Assembly: GCA_965205525.1 (NCBI GenBank)
Contig: OZ242171.1
Span: 1,374,269 to 1,438,268, forward strand
DNA from: Gammaproteobacteria bacterium
GTDB taxonomy: Bacteria > Pseudomonadota > Gammaproteobacteria > JABABF01
Direction of reading: 5' to 3'
DNA: 64,000 bases
This document shows, in pieces, positions 32,763 to 42,079 of the stretch (the stretch's first letter is position 1; every line of letters starts with the position of its first letter). Under the pieces are notes generated by a model, which did not search any database, had not been told where the DNA came from, and worked only from the letters and a program-made list of their open reading frames with translations. The position numbers and the translations under genes are program-made.

Positions 32763-33416
32763 ATGAGTCATCTCCACATCCCGGATGGGCTGCTGCCCGC
32801 CTGGCTTATCGCCATCACCTGGAGCGCAGCCATCCTGCTCCTGCTGCCGACCTCCCGCATCACGGCCCAGAGCGAGCGGCCCGGAGGGCCTGCGCTGGTG
32901 GCCGTAATGGTGACACTGATGCTTCTGGCCTCTTCTCTGCAGCTGTTCCTGTATCACCTGAGCCTGACAGTGCTGACCGGCATACTGCTGGGACCGACGG
33001 CGGCCTTTATCGCCGTCTTCCTGACCAACCTGATCCTCGCCCTATTCGGCCACGGCGGATTGACCGCCGCCGGGCTGAACAGCCTGCTGATGGGCCTGGA
33101 GCCGGTGCTGGGGTTTTTTCTATTCGGCGTCGGTCTGCGCCTGTGGGGACACAGTGCCCTGCGCTGGGCTGCCGCCGCCTCGGTGATGATGACCTTGCCG
33201 CTGGCAGCACTTTTAAAATTGGGCATCATCACCTTGATCAGCCATCTGCCCGGCACCCTCGGAGGCGTTGAGTTCCGCGGCCTGCATTTCGGCGGCGCCT
33301 ATCTGGCAATCGCGCTGCCGGGCTGGATACTGGAGGCGGGCATCACTGCTCTCGTGCTGAGCTATGTCTATCGCCTGCGTCCCGGGCTGATTCGGACCGC
33401 CGCACCGCCAAGCTGA
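32763..33416 (+). CDS. cbiM: ECF-type Co/Ni transporter S component (CbiM/NikM family)
   Basis: N-terminal HIPDG, LFGHGGLT..G.N; multiple TM. Confidence 0.85.
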   Translation: MSHLHIPDGLLPAWLIAITWSAAILLLLPTSRITAQSERPGGPALVAVMVTLMLLASSLQLFLYHLSLTVLTGILLGPTAAFIAVFLTNLILALFGHGGLTAAGLNSLLMGLEPVLGFFLFGVGLRLWGHSALRWAAAASVMMTLPLAALLKLGIITLISHLPGTLGGVEFRGLHFGGAYLAIALPGWILEAGITALVLSYVYRLRPGLIRTAAPPS

Positions 33417-33638
33417 CACAAAGATGCTGCTGCTCCTATTCCCACGGGCCCTGTCCGCCCCACCCCGACCGGTTTTCCCCGGTCTGCAGACACTTGGGAT
33501 CGCAAGCCTATACCGCTGTGCCGGGGCGACACCTATGCAGGGTGCTCTCGGCCGATGTGCCGTCAAGAGGCGGCGCGCGCACATTCTGCCGCTCACCGAA
33601 ACGCCCGGACCAAACCGCTGCGCGTCGCGCTCAAGACC

Positions 33639-34337
33639 TTGAAAATCGCCCTCGCAGACCACTTTGCATGCACGGGCAGCAGCGTGCTGCACCGCCTGTC
33701 TGCCGGTGCCAAACTGCTGTGCATGGGACTGCTGATCGCAGCGACCGTGAGTACCCGGGAGCCGCTGCTGGTGTTGGCAATCGGCATCGGGCTGCTGCTG
33801 TCCGCCTTGATTTCCGGCATTCCTTCGGGACGTCTGCTGCTGTTCGCCTTTTATCCGGCATCCTTCTTTTTTCTGCTGGGAGTGGGAACCGGTTTCAGCG
33901 GACTGGCCGCAACTACCCTTCTGCTCGGCAAGGCCCTGGTCTCCATGCTGGCAACCATTATCCTGATGTTCACCACGCCCTATCCCGCGGTGATGGCTGT
34001 AGTCGGACGCTTTCTGCCCCAGGGTCTGGGGCAGATCCTGCTGCTATGCTACCGCAGCCTGTTCATCCTGGCCGGGCTTCTGTCAGAGATACTCACCGCA
34101 TTGCGCCTGCGGGGCGGGCTGCGATTGCGCCACCTGGCCGCCGGGCTGGGACTGCTGGTGGTGAGGGGCTCCGAACTGGCCGAGCAGCACTACCGGGTGA
34201 TGCAGCTGCGAGGCTATGACGGTCGTGCGCTTCGCTACACCTCGCCGCCGGGATACAGACGGGACATGGATGCAATTGCCGTTGCAATCGCGGCAGCTGC
34301 ATACGCCACCGCTCTCTTCCTTCGCATATTTCCCTAA
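33639..34337 (+). CDS. cbiQ: ECF transporter T component (CbiQ-like)
   Basis: S.LHRL...AKL, TTPY, LRLRG and MQLRGY coupling motifs; TTG start assumed. Confidence 0.8.
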   Translation: MKIALADHFACTGSSVLHRLSAGAKLLCMGLLIAATVSTREPLLVLAIGIGLLLSALISGIPSGRLLLFAFYPASFFFLLGVGTGFSGLAATTLLLGKALVSMLATIILMFTTPYPAVMAVVGRFLPQGLGQILLLCYRSLFILAGLLSEILTALRLRGGLRLRHLAAGLGLLVVRGSELAEQHYRVMQLRGYDGRALRYTSPPGYRRDMDAIAVAIAAAAYATALFLRIFP

Positions 34338-34470
34338 GCCATCGCCGCTAGATTAATCTTTTGCCGTCAACAGCCCGTCCAAGCACAATGCCGATTTCCC
34401 CGCCATCACCAATCGCATCTGGCTGCCCATCCCTCGCTTTTTCGCCGGCTGCTGGGACGCATTACAAAAT

Positions 34471-35352
34471 GTGCGGAGGCTGCCCGTGACAGCTCCTGCG
34501 GTAACAGTGCGCCCGTTCCGCTTTCGCCACGAGGACGGCACGGAACTGCATTTTCGCAACATGGAGATGAGCGTGCAGCGGGGCGAGAGGGTGACCCTGC
34601 TCGGCTGCAACGGCAGCGGCAAAACCACCCTGCTGGGACATCTCATCGGGCTGTATGGCACCCCGGATACAGAACATACAGAGGTGCTGGGACTGCATCC
34701 GGTGCGGGATGCCAAGCTGCTTCGCACCCGGGTCGGCTTCGTGCTGCAGAATGCCGAGCATCAGATTATCGCGCCAACGGTATACGATGACATCGCCTTC
34801 TCCCTGCGCTGTCGCGATATGCCGGAGAGAGAAGTGAAGCGGCGGGTGGAGGCGGTGATGGAGCGGCTGGGCATCGGGCAGCTGGGCAGCCGCGTTCCCC
34901 ACTACCTGAGCGGCGGGCACAAGGCCAAGGTGGTGCTGGCTGGCGCACTGGCGCAGGAGCCAGAGCTGCTGGTGCTGGACGAGCCCTTCACAGGCATTGA
35001 CCCCGTTTGCACCCGGGAGCTGGCAGAAACCCTGAACGAGGTCAACCGGCAGGACGGGGTGACCCTGGTGATGTCCAACCACAACATAGAGACGGTGCCC
35101 CTCTTGGCAGACACCGTCTATCTGCTGGCCACCGGGGGCAACCTGGAGGCGAAGGGGGTGCCGGCGGAGGTATTCGCCCAGGTGGAGGTGATGGCCCGCT
35201 GTCATGTGCACCCGCCGGTGCTGAACCTGCTGCAGAAGGCCCTCGCCGAGCGGGGCATCTCCTTGGATGCGCCCCTTACCGTAGAGGCGGTGGCGGATTG
35301 CCTGGCGGCGCTGAGGGGCAAGGGCGGTGAGCGGAAGGAGGGCGAGGAATGA
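34471..35352 (+). CDS. cbiO: ECF transporter ATPase (CbiO-like)
   Basis: GCNGSGKTT, QIIAPTV.DDIAF, PHYLSGG, LDEP; start uncertain. Confidence 0.88.
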   Translation: MRRLPVTAPAVTVRPFRFRHEDGTELHFRNMEMSVQRGERVTLLGCNGSGKTTLLGHLIGLYGTPDTEHTEVLGLHPVRDAKLLRTRVGFVLQNAEHQIIAPTVYDDIAFSLRCRDMPEREVKRRVEAVMERLGIGQLGSRVPHYLSGGHKAKVVLAGALAQEPELLVLDEPFTGIDPVCTRELAETLNEVNRQDGVTLVMSNHNIETVPLLADTVYLLATGGNLEAKGVPAEVFAQVEVMARCHVHPPVLNLLQKALAERGISLDAPLTVEAVADCLAALRGKGGERKEGEE

Positions 35353-36269
35353 ATGAAATAAAACCATTTATCAGGGAAGATATGCGGTGCAAAATGGAAG
35401 AAGACCTTAAACCGCTTATCAGGGAAGATGTGCGGCGCGCCCTTGAGGAAGACCTCGGACCATGGGAAGACAGGAAGGACCTCAGCGCATCCATCGTGCC
35501 CGCCTCGGCCCAAGCCGAGGCAACGGTGCTGTGCCGTGAAGAAGCGGTGGTCTGCGGGCTGCCCTGGGCCGAGGAGTGCTTTCGGCAGCTGGACGAGAGC
35601 GGGAAACTCGTCTTTTCGCGATATTTTGAAGACGGCGGCACCCTGAAGCCGGGGGATCTGGTCTGCCAGGTGAAGGGATTAGCGAAGGACCTGCTAAGCG
35701 GCGAGCGCAGCGCCCTCAACTTCCTGCAGCATCTGTCCGGCATTGCCACCCAGTCCCGACGATTTGCAGAACTGGCACGGGAAGTACGCTCGGATGTAGT
35801 GCTGTTAGACACCCGCAAGACCGTCCCCGGCCTGCGTCGTGCCCAGAAATACGCGGTGCTTTGCGGCGGCTGTCACAACCACCGCATGGGACTTTATGAT
35901 GCCTGGCTTATTAAAGAAAACCATATCATCGCAGCGGGCTCAATCGCCGAGGCGGTAAAAGCAGCACAGCGGCAGAAACAGCAGCAGAAAGATACGCGGC
36001 AGCTGCCGATAGAGGTGGAGGTAGAAGACCTGAAGGGCCTGCAGGAGGCTGCGGAAGCAGGTGCCAGAATTGCCCTCCTGGATAACTTCTCCCTGCATGA
36101 TCTGCGCCAGGCGGTGGCAGAGATGAAAGGCAGAATTGAGCTGGAATACTCGGGCAATGTCAGCGAGGAAAACCTGCGGGATATTATCGCAGCCGGTGCA
36201 GACCGTGTGTCCATCGGGGCGCTGACCAAGCATTGCCGTGCCATTGACTTCTCCATGCGCTTTGCCTGA
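35349..36269 (+). CDS. nadC: Quinolinate phosphoribosyltransferase
   Basis: ALEED, ER.ALNFLQ, LDTRKT.PG, HRMGLYD, IKENH, LLDN. Confidence 0.97.
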   Translation: MNEIKPFIREDMRCKMEEDLKPLIREDVRRALEEDLGPWEDRKDLSASIVPASAQAEATVLCREEAVVCGLPWAEECFRQLDESGKLVFSRYFEDGGTLKPGDLVCQVKGLAKDLLSGERSALNFLQHLSGIATQSRRFAELAREVRSDVVLLDTRKTVPGLRRAQKYAVLCGGCHNHRMGLYDAWLIKENHIIAAGSIAEAVKAAQRQKQQQKDTRQLPIEVEVEDLKGLQEAAEAGARIALLDNFSLHDLRQAVAEMKGRIELEYSGNVSEENLRDIIAAGADRVSIGALTKHCRAIDFSMRFA

Positions 36270-36577
36270 GAGCTGCCGGCAAATCCGCAGATGGACAAAG
36301 CAGACTGAAGGCGGCGGCTCCGTACATTCGCAGATAACAAAGACAAAGCAGAGGGTGAGGCAGCTGCTCCGGCAGATCTTGCAGACGGGGAAGATAGGGC
36401 TGCGTGGAGACAGCAGATGGCAGGATGGAGCGACAGCGGGGGCTCCCCGTCCAGACCCTCGGCACTCGGCTGCACTGCCGACCCATGCCGCTTTGTGCAA
36501 ATTCAGTTAGGATAGTGGCTTGTTCCAGTCGCCCTCGCTGCTGTACCGCTGGCCCGCACAACGCTTGGAAACCACTG

Positions 36578-37168
36578 ATGTCCGCTTCACAAAAACACAT
36601 TGAAGTGCCAAAACCGATCGGCTTCAGCGGCCAGTGCCTGGTGGCCATGCCGACCATGCAGGACCCGAATTTTGAACACGCGGTTGTGCTGATGGTGGAG
36701 CACAGCGAGCGCGGGGGAGTGGGTCTGGTCCTCAATCAGGCAGGAGACACCTGCTTTGGGGATGTCTTTGAGCGCACGAATCTTCCCTGTACCGACAAGG
36801 CTCTCACCTCCCGCAAGTGCCTGGTCGGCGGTCCGGTATCCTCCGAGATGGGCTTTGTTCTGTACCGGCCTTTTGAGCAGTGGTCGGAGGGGACCGAGAT
36901 ACTAGATGGCATCGGCATCTGCAACTCCCTGTCCCTTCTGCGGGCCGTGGCTTCCGGGGAGGGCCCCCTGGATGTGCGGCTGGCCTTCGGCTACGCGGGC
37001 TGGGGCCAGGGCCAGCTGGAGGAGGAGGTGGCGGCAAGCGGCTGGCTTTTCTGCCCCGCGGATGAAAAAATCATTTTTGGCGTGGAGCCGGAGAAGTGCT
37101 GGAACGCCGCCTTTGAGCAATTGGGCATTGAGCCCGGCCAAATAAGTACGGACACCGGGCTGTCCTGA
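36578..37168 (+). CDS. yqgE: YqgE/AlgH family protein
   Basis: LVAMP.MQDPNF, GLVLN, GGPV, GYAGWG.GQLE.E. Confidence 0.93.
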   Translation: MSASQKHIEVPKPIGFSGQCLVAMPTMQDPNFEHAVVLMVEHSERGGVGLVLNQAGDTCFGDVFERTNLPCTDKALTSRKCLVGGPVSSEMGFVLYRPFEQWSEGTEILDGIGICNSLSLLRAVASGEGPLDVRLAFGYAGWGQGQLEEEVAASGWLFCPADEKIIFGVEPEKCWNAAFEQLGIEPGQISTDTGLS

Positions 37169-37427
37169 TCTCTCCTTGCAGAACCGGCCGCTTTACTGCC
37201 GCGTCTCGGCTGCAGGCGCAGACTGCCTGGCAGCGGCTTCGCCGCCGCCCCCTTTGCAGGGTTTTCCCCCCCAGGCACTCGCTGCACCCGCCGCCGCATG
37301 TACACTGCCCGCACCCTCTGTGGTTTCCTAAGGACAGTCGCGCCATCATCGCCCGCCGCAGATTGATTGGGACCGCCGCCGCAACAGGTACAATTCCGAG
37401 TCGCCAGGCAGCATAGGGATTCTCCTC

Positions 37428-37994
37428 ATGGGAAAACGCCTTTCAAAGATCTATACCCGCACCGGCGATGACGGCAGCACCGGTCTCGGGGACGGCTCGC
37501 GCATTCGCAAGGATGATGCCCGTACCGAGGCGATGGGAGACGTGGACGAGCTGAATGCCCAGATCGGCCTGCTGCGGGCAAGCCTTGCCGCCGGAGATGA
37601 GCTTCAATCCCTTCTTTCGGATCTTCAGCACGACCTATTTGATCTCGGCGCCGAGCTCAGCCTGCCCAAGGGAGGGGGGCGCATGGGAGCGGAGCATATC
37701 GGTGAACTGGAAAAAATTATTGACCGCTGGAATGCAGAGCTGCCGCCCCTGGACAACTTCATTCTGCCCGGGGGCAGCGAGGCGGTGGCGCGCTGTCACC
37801 TGGCGCGCACCGTATGCCGCCGAGCCGAGAGACGTGCGGTCACCTTGGATGGCGACTCCCAGGGCAGCAGCGGCATCCCCCGCCGCTACTTGAACCGGCT
37901 GTCAGATCTTTTGTTTGTGCTGGCGCGGGTTATCGGGCGTCAGGAGGGACAGCGGGAAGTGCTTTGGGAGGAGCGTCGTCGGGATCAGGGCTAG
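37428..37994 (+). CDS. PduO-type ATP:cob(I)alamin adenosyltransferase
   Basis: KIYTRTGD.G.T, G.VDELN, FILPGG, RTVCRRAER, YLNRLSD. Confidence 0.96.
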   Translation: MGKRLSKIYTRTGDDGSTGLGDGSRIRKDDARTEAMGDVDELNAQIGLLRASLAAGDELQSLLSDLQHDLFDLGAELSLPKGGGRMGAEHIGELEKIIDRWNAELPPLDNFILPGGSEAVARCHLARTVCRRAERRAVTLDGDSQGSSGIPRRYLNRLSDLLFVLARVIGRQEGQREVLWEERRRDQG

Positions 37995-38593
37995 GATGCC
38001 GACGCAGGGGAAGACAGCGCAGAGAGATAGCGAGTCCAGTCAAAGGAAAGCCCAGGATCAATCTTGCGCCCCGGGGCAATGTCCGAGTGGCCGACAATGC
38101 GCTGGGGTGTCAGCGCAGGGAAATGTGTCATCAGGCAGTGCGTAATCCCGATCAGCGCCTGGTACTGAAGCTCCGTGTAGGGCAGATCCCCGGTGCCTTC
38201 CAGCTCAATGCCGATGCTGAAGGGATTGCAGTTGGTATGTCCCATAAAGGAGGATGCGCCGGCATGCCAGGCCGCCCGATTAAAGGGCACATACTGCACA
38301 GCCGCACCGCTGCGATTCAGGAAAAGATGCGAAGATACCCGCAGATCGGCCAATTCCTGAAAGCTCGCATGGGCAGCCGGGTCCAGGGTATTGGTGAAAA
38401 GGCTGTCAACATGTTCGCCGCCGAATTCCCCAGAGGGCAGACTGATGCTGTGCACCACGAGCAGACTGACCTCCGTGTCGGCAGGGCGGGCGCTGCTATT
38501 CGGTGAAGGCACCCGTCGGGCTTCTCGCAGCCAGCAACCCTCTATGGAAAAATCGGACACCCAATCGTCCTTTGGCAGCGACAGCATCGGCAA
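37991..38593 (-). CDS. ampD: 1,6-anhydro-N-acetylmuramyl-L-alanine amidase
   Basis: [45 protein letters not shown]. Confidence 0.96.
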   Translation of the reverse strand: MPMLSLPKDDWVSDFSIEGCWLREARRVPSPNSSARPADTEVSLLVVHSISLPSGEFGGEHVDSLFTNTLDPAAHASFQELADLRVSSHLFLNRSGAAVQYVPFNRAAWHAGASSFMGHTNCNPFSIGIELEGTGDLPYTELQYQALIGITHCLMTHFPALTPQRIVGHSDIAPGRKIDPGLSFDWTRYLSALSSPASAS

Positions 38594-38637
38594 TTACGTA
38601 CATAATACTCTCCTCGCTATTTCAGCGGAAACGATTC

Positions 38638-38997
38638 ATGCACAAAGACAGCAATGAAGAGAATGTTCTCAGCCTGATCAGCATTGACGATTTTGCCCGG
38701 CTGGATCTGCGGGTCGCCCGGGTAATCGCCGCCGAAGAGGTGGAGGGGGCAGATCGGCTGCTGCGACTGCGGCTGGATGTCGGCCAGACCGGTGAGCGCA
38801 CAGTGCTCGCGGGCATACGGCAGCATTACAAACCGGAAGAATTGGAAGGACGCCTCCTGGTGCTGGTGGCCAACCTGGAACCCCGCAAGATGCGTTTTGG
38901 CACATCCGAGGGCATGGTGCTGGCCGCCGGAGGCGACAGCGGGGTGTGCCTCCTGTCCCCGGACGGCCCCATCGCCCCGGGCACCCAAGTGCGATGA
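38638..38997 (+). CDS. Stand-alone tRNA-binding OB-fold protein (MetG C-terminal/Trbp111-like)
   Basis: [39 protein letters not shown]. Confidence 0.9.
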   Translation: MHKDSNEENVLSLISIDDFARLDLRVARVIAAEEVEGADRLLRLRLDVGQTGERTVLAGIRQHYKPEELEGRLLVLVANLEPRKMRFGTSEGMVLAAGGDSGVCLLSPDGPIAPGTQVR

Positions 38998-39071
38998 GCT
39001 GCCCCGGCCTCACCGCCCCCCCTGCAGACTGCCATGACTAGCCCATGATCGCCGACTGAGGAGAATTGCCT

Positions 39072-39908
39072 ATGCAAACCTTGGAAACTGTCGTTATAGA
39101 AGAAGCAGAAGAGAATGTCCTGACGATTCGCCTGAATCGTCCCGAAAAGCTAAACGCGATGAATGTGCAGCTTATGCAGGATCTGTTTGATGCTTTTCGC
39201 CTGGCAGCTGAGAACAACCGCTGCAGGGTGGTGATTGTCATCGGGAGCGGGCGCGGTTTCTGCTCCGGGCTGGATTTGGACGATGCCGGCATGATTCCCA
39301 ATATTGACGGGATGACGATACCGCAGATGGCGATTCACTCGGTGCGGCATTTTTCCCGGGTGGTGCCCGCCATGCGGGCTGTGCCGCAGCCAATTATCTG
39401 CGCGGTCAATGGCCCTGCCTACGGGGGCGGCATGTGCTTGAGTCTGGGAGGCGATATCCGCATCGCCTCGGAATCTGCCACCTTCAACAGCACTGGAATT
39501 ATCAACGGTCTGACCAGCACCGAGCTGGGTGCCAGCTGGATTCTTCCGCGCCTGATCGGTGCTGCCCGGGCCAATGAAATCATGCTCACCGGGCGGGTGG
39601 TGGATGCACAGGAAGCGCTTCACATCGGCCTGGTGTCCGAGGTGGCGCCGGATGGCAAAGTCCTCGAGGCCGCCCTGAAGATTGCAGAGCGCATCTGCAA
39701 GCTGAGCTCCCACGGGGTCGCCATGACCAAGCGGCTGTGCTGGTCCAATCTGGAGGTGGCGAGCCTGGAGGCCGCCATTGACTTTGAAGACCGCAACCAG
39801 CTGCTGCTCGGGATGACCACCAACTTAGACGAGGCCAAGCGCGCCCGACGTGAAAAGCGGGAGCCGGTGTATCGGGACCTGCCCCAGAACTGGCCTGAGA
39901 AGTGGTAA
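39072..39908 (+). CDS. Enoyl-CoA hydratase/isomerase family protein
   Basis: LNRPEKLNA, FCSGLDL, AVNGPAYGGG, A.EAL.IGLV; GAGGAG RBS. Confidence 0.93.
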   Translation: MQTLETVVIEEAEENVLTIRLNRPEKLNAMNVQLMQDLFDAFRLAAENNRCRVVIVIGSGRGFCSGLDLDDAGMIPNIDGMTIPQMAIHSVRHFSRVVPAMRAVPQPIICAVNGPAYGGGMCLSLGGDIRIASESATFNSTGIINGLTSTELGASWILPRLIGAARANEIMLTGRVVDAQEALHIGLVSEVAPDGKVLEAALKIAERICKLSSHGVAMTKRLCWSNLEVASLEAAIDFEDRNQLLLGMTTNLDEAKRARREKREPVYRDLPQNWPEKW

Positions 39909-39950
39909 TATCGCTTTACACTGTATTCATCACCACCGAGAGAGAGACCG

Positions 39951-40409
39951 ATGAACGAATTGCTGGAAATTGAAAAGATCAAACGCTTGAAATACAAGTA
40001 TTTCCGCGCTTTAGACACCAACAATTGGCCGCTGTTGGCCGAGTGTCTAAGCGAGGATTGCGCCGCCCGCTACGACAGCGGCAAGTACAGTTATGATAGC
40101 CGCCAGGCCATCTTGGACTTCTTAAGCGAGTTCATGGACGGACCGAAGCGCCTTACCCTGCACCAGGGGCATCACCCAGAAATAGATATCCTAAATGAAA
40201 CCGATGCCACCGGCATCTGGTACCTGCAGGACCTTGTGATCAATCTGGACGACAACACTACCCTGCGGGGGGCCGGCTTTTACGATGACCGCTATGTGAA
40301 GATGGAGGGACAGTGGCTCATCAAGTACACGGGCTACGAGCGCACCTATGAGGAGATTGAGGAGCGGGACGAAAAGATTCGTGTTACCAGCAATATGTTT
40401 TCGCGCTGA
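39951..40409 (+). CDS. NTF2/SnoaL-like protein (BaiE dehydratase-like)
   Basis: I..LK.KYFR.LD, H.GH.PEI, ATG.W.L.D, Y.D.Y......W. Confidence 0.85.
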   Translation: MNELLEIEKIKRLKYKYFRALDTNNWPLLAECLSEDCAARYDSGKYSYDSRQAILDFLSEFMDGPKRLTLHQGHHPEIDILNETDATGIWYLQDLVINLDDNTTLRGAGFYDDRYVKMEGQWLIKYTGYERTYEEIEERDEKIRVTSNMFSR

Positions 40410-40499
40410 GAAAAAAGAGTCCGCCCGGACTTTCCCATCATCCCCAAGGGCTCAGGGGCTGCCCAAGTGTTATATCTTTTGCCGAGATAACGAGTTTCT

Positions 40500-40667
40500 G
40501 CTCCCTGCCGCCCTCATCCGCCTAATTCAGATAGCGGAAGGGCATTCTCAGACAGGGAGATCACGGCTCCCTGCCGCCCTCATCCGCCTAAGCCAGACAG
40601 CGGAAGGGCATTCACAGACAGGGAGATCACAGCTCCCTGCCGCCCTTATCCGCCTAATTCAGACAGC
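40500..40667. repeat. 66-bp tandem repeat (about 2.5 copies) that includes the last 22 nt of the minus-strand gene
   Basis: GCTCCCTGCCGCCCT at 40500, 40566 and 40632; hairpin CAGGGAG-N7-CTCCCTG at each junction. Confidence 0.95.
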
Positions 40668-41785
40668 ATCTTCTCCATCATGGGAGTGACAAAGTTGCCC
40701 CCCTTCGGGTCTTCGCTGCCGCTGCAGATAGCGGTGCGGGTCAGAATTAGGCCGAAACGCCAGAGAGCGAAGAACTTGTAGTACATATAGTGGGTGGCAT
40801 CCAGGCCAGTCTTATCGCTCCAAAAGCGAACCGTTTCCTCCTCGCCGGGCATTCCCTCCAGGCGGGGGATGCTCATACCGAGAGACAGGGTCTGATCCAA
40901 GAGTATCCAGTAGGACAAATCCTGCACCCGGTTGCCGAGGGTGACCATCTCCCAGTCCAGCACCGCCGCCACCTCCTGGCGGTCCGGGGTGAACATGGTG
41001 TTCCCCATGCGGCTGTCACCCCAGCACAGCCCCACGTCTTCATCCAGCGGCGGCTTGTTGTCAAGAAACCACTGGAACCCCCGCTCGTACTCCGGGTGGG
41101 GAATGCCCTCGGGGGCCCAGCGAAGATAGTGCCCCCAGTAGTGCAGCTGCTGGTCCAGCACCCGCTCGCCGCCCAGCTCTGGGTGATACAGGAAATCAAA
41201 GCCGGCTTTCTTCCAATCCACCCCGTGCACCTTGCACATGGCCTCCACTCCCTTCCACCACAGGTGCTCCCGCTCTGCCGGGGTAGCATCGTCGTAGAGC
41301 CAGCCAGCCATGTGCATGGGCGGCATATCCGACGGGACAATGCCCTCCACCTTTTCCATTACATAAAAAGGAACACCGATGACAGCCGGGTCCTCCTCCA
41401 GGCCAATCAGGAGCGGCACCGGCACCTGCTCCTGCACCCCCTCCATAGCCCGGTACTGCATGCTGAGATCGTACTTGGGGAAGACCAGCTTGCCCTGAGA
41501 GGGCTGCAGGCGCGCCACATAGGGATGCCGATGCTGACCTTCGCCGTCCTGCCATTGCATATCAAATAGGAGTGTAATGTTGGACATGCCGGAGTTTTCC
41601 GGGGTGGAAAAGTCGGTGATTTTGACCTTCTCTCTACCCTTCAGCCGGCCGGCAAACCATTTCTCCAGCCCCCGCCGGGCGGCATCCGGGTCCGCCAGCT
41701 TCGGGGTGGGACGAAGCTGGCGCATCTCGTCCACATCATCAATCCGCTGCTCTTTGTTCCAAGCACCTTCTTGTTTTTCACTCAT
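40646..41785 (-). CDS. APH-like phosphotransferase (ACAD10/11-kinase type)
   Basis: GMSNIT, FYVME.V.G, CWGDSRMGN, LDWEM..LG. Confidence 0.88.
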   Translation of the reverse strand: MSEKQEGAWNKEQRIDDVDEMRQLRPTPKLADPDAARRGLEKWFAGRLKGREKVKITDFSTPENSGMSNITLLFDMQWQDGEGQHRHPYVARLQPSQGKLVFPKYDLSMQYRAMEGVQEQVPVPLLIGLEEDPAVIGVPFYVMEKVEGIVPSDMPPMHMAGWLYDDATPAEREHLWWKGVEAMCKVHGVDWKKAGFDFLYHPELGGERVLDQQLHYWGHYLRWAPEGIPHPEYERGFQWFLDNKPPLDEDVGLCWGDSRMGNTMFTPDRQEVAAVLDWEMVTLGNRVQDLSYWILLDQTLSLGMSIPRLEGMPGEEETVRFWSDKTGLDATHYMYYKFFALWRFGLILTRTAICSGSEDPKGGNFVTPMMEKMLSELGG

Positions 41786-42079
41786 AGTGCTGATATCCCA
41801 CTGTGATCTTTTTTCAAGCAAGCAGAAATGTTATCACAGAGCAGTGCATAGGCTTGGGAAAACTGCGCATTCCGCGCCAAAATCCCACAATCGCCCGTCC
41901 ATGAAAGCGGACATGCGCCCCCCATGCCGCTGCACGGCCGCTGCTCTTTTTGTCAATACTCCGCCAGCCAGCCTTTTTGCACGCCGATTCATGCCGATCA
42001 CATAGCACAGCTGGTGCTAGAAAAATGCCCCCGGCAAACCAGGTCCGAGCGATTGCCGAGCAATGCTCTCCCCAGCCGC

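Noticed and set aside
33424-33642. 72-aa ORF as cbiN
   Set aside because: It lacks the two transmembrane helices and the conserved motif of CbiN.
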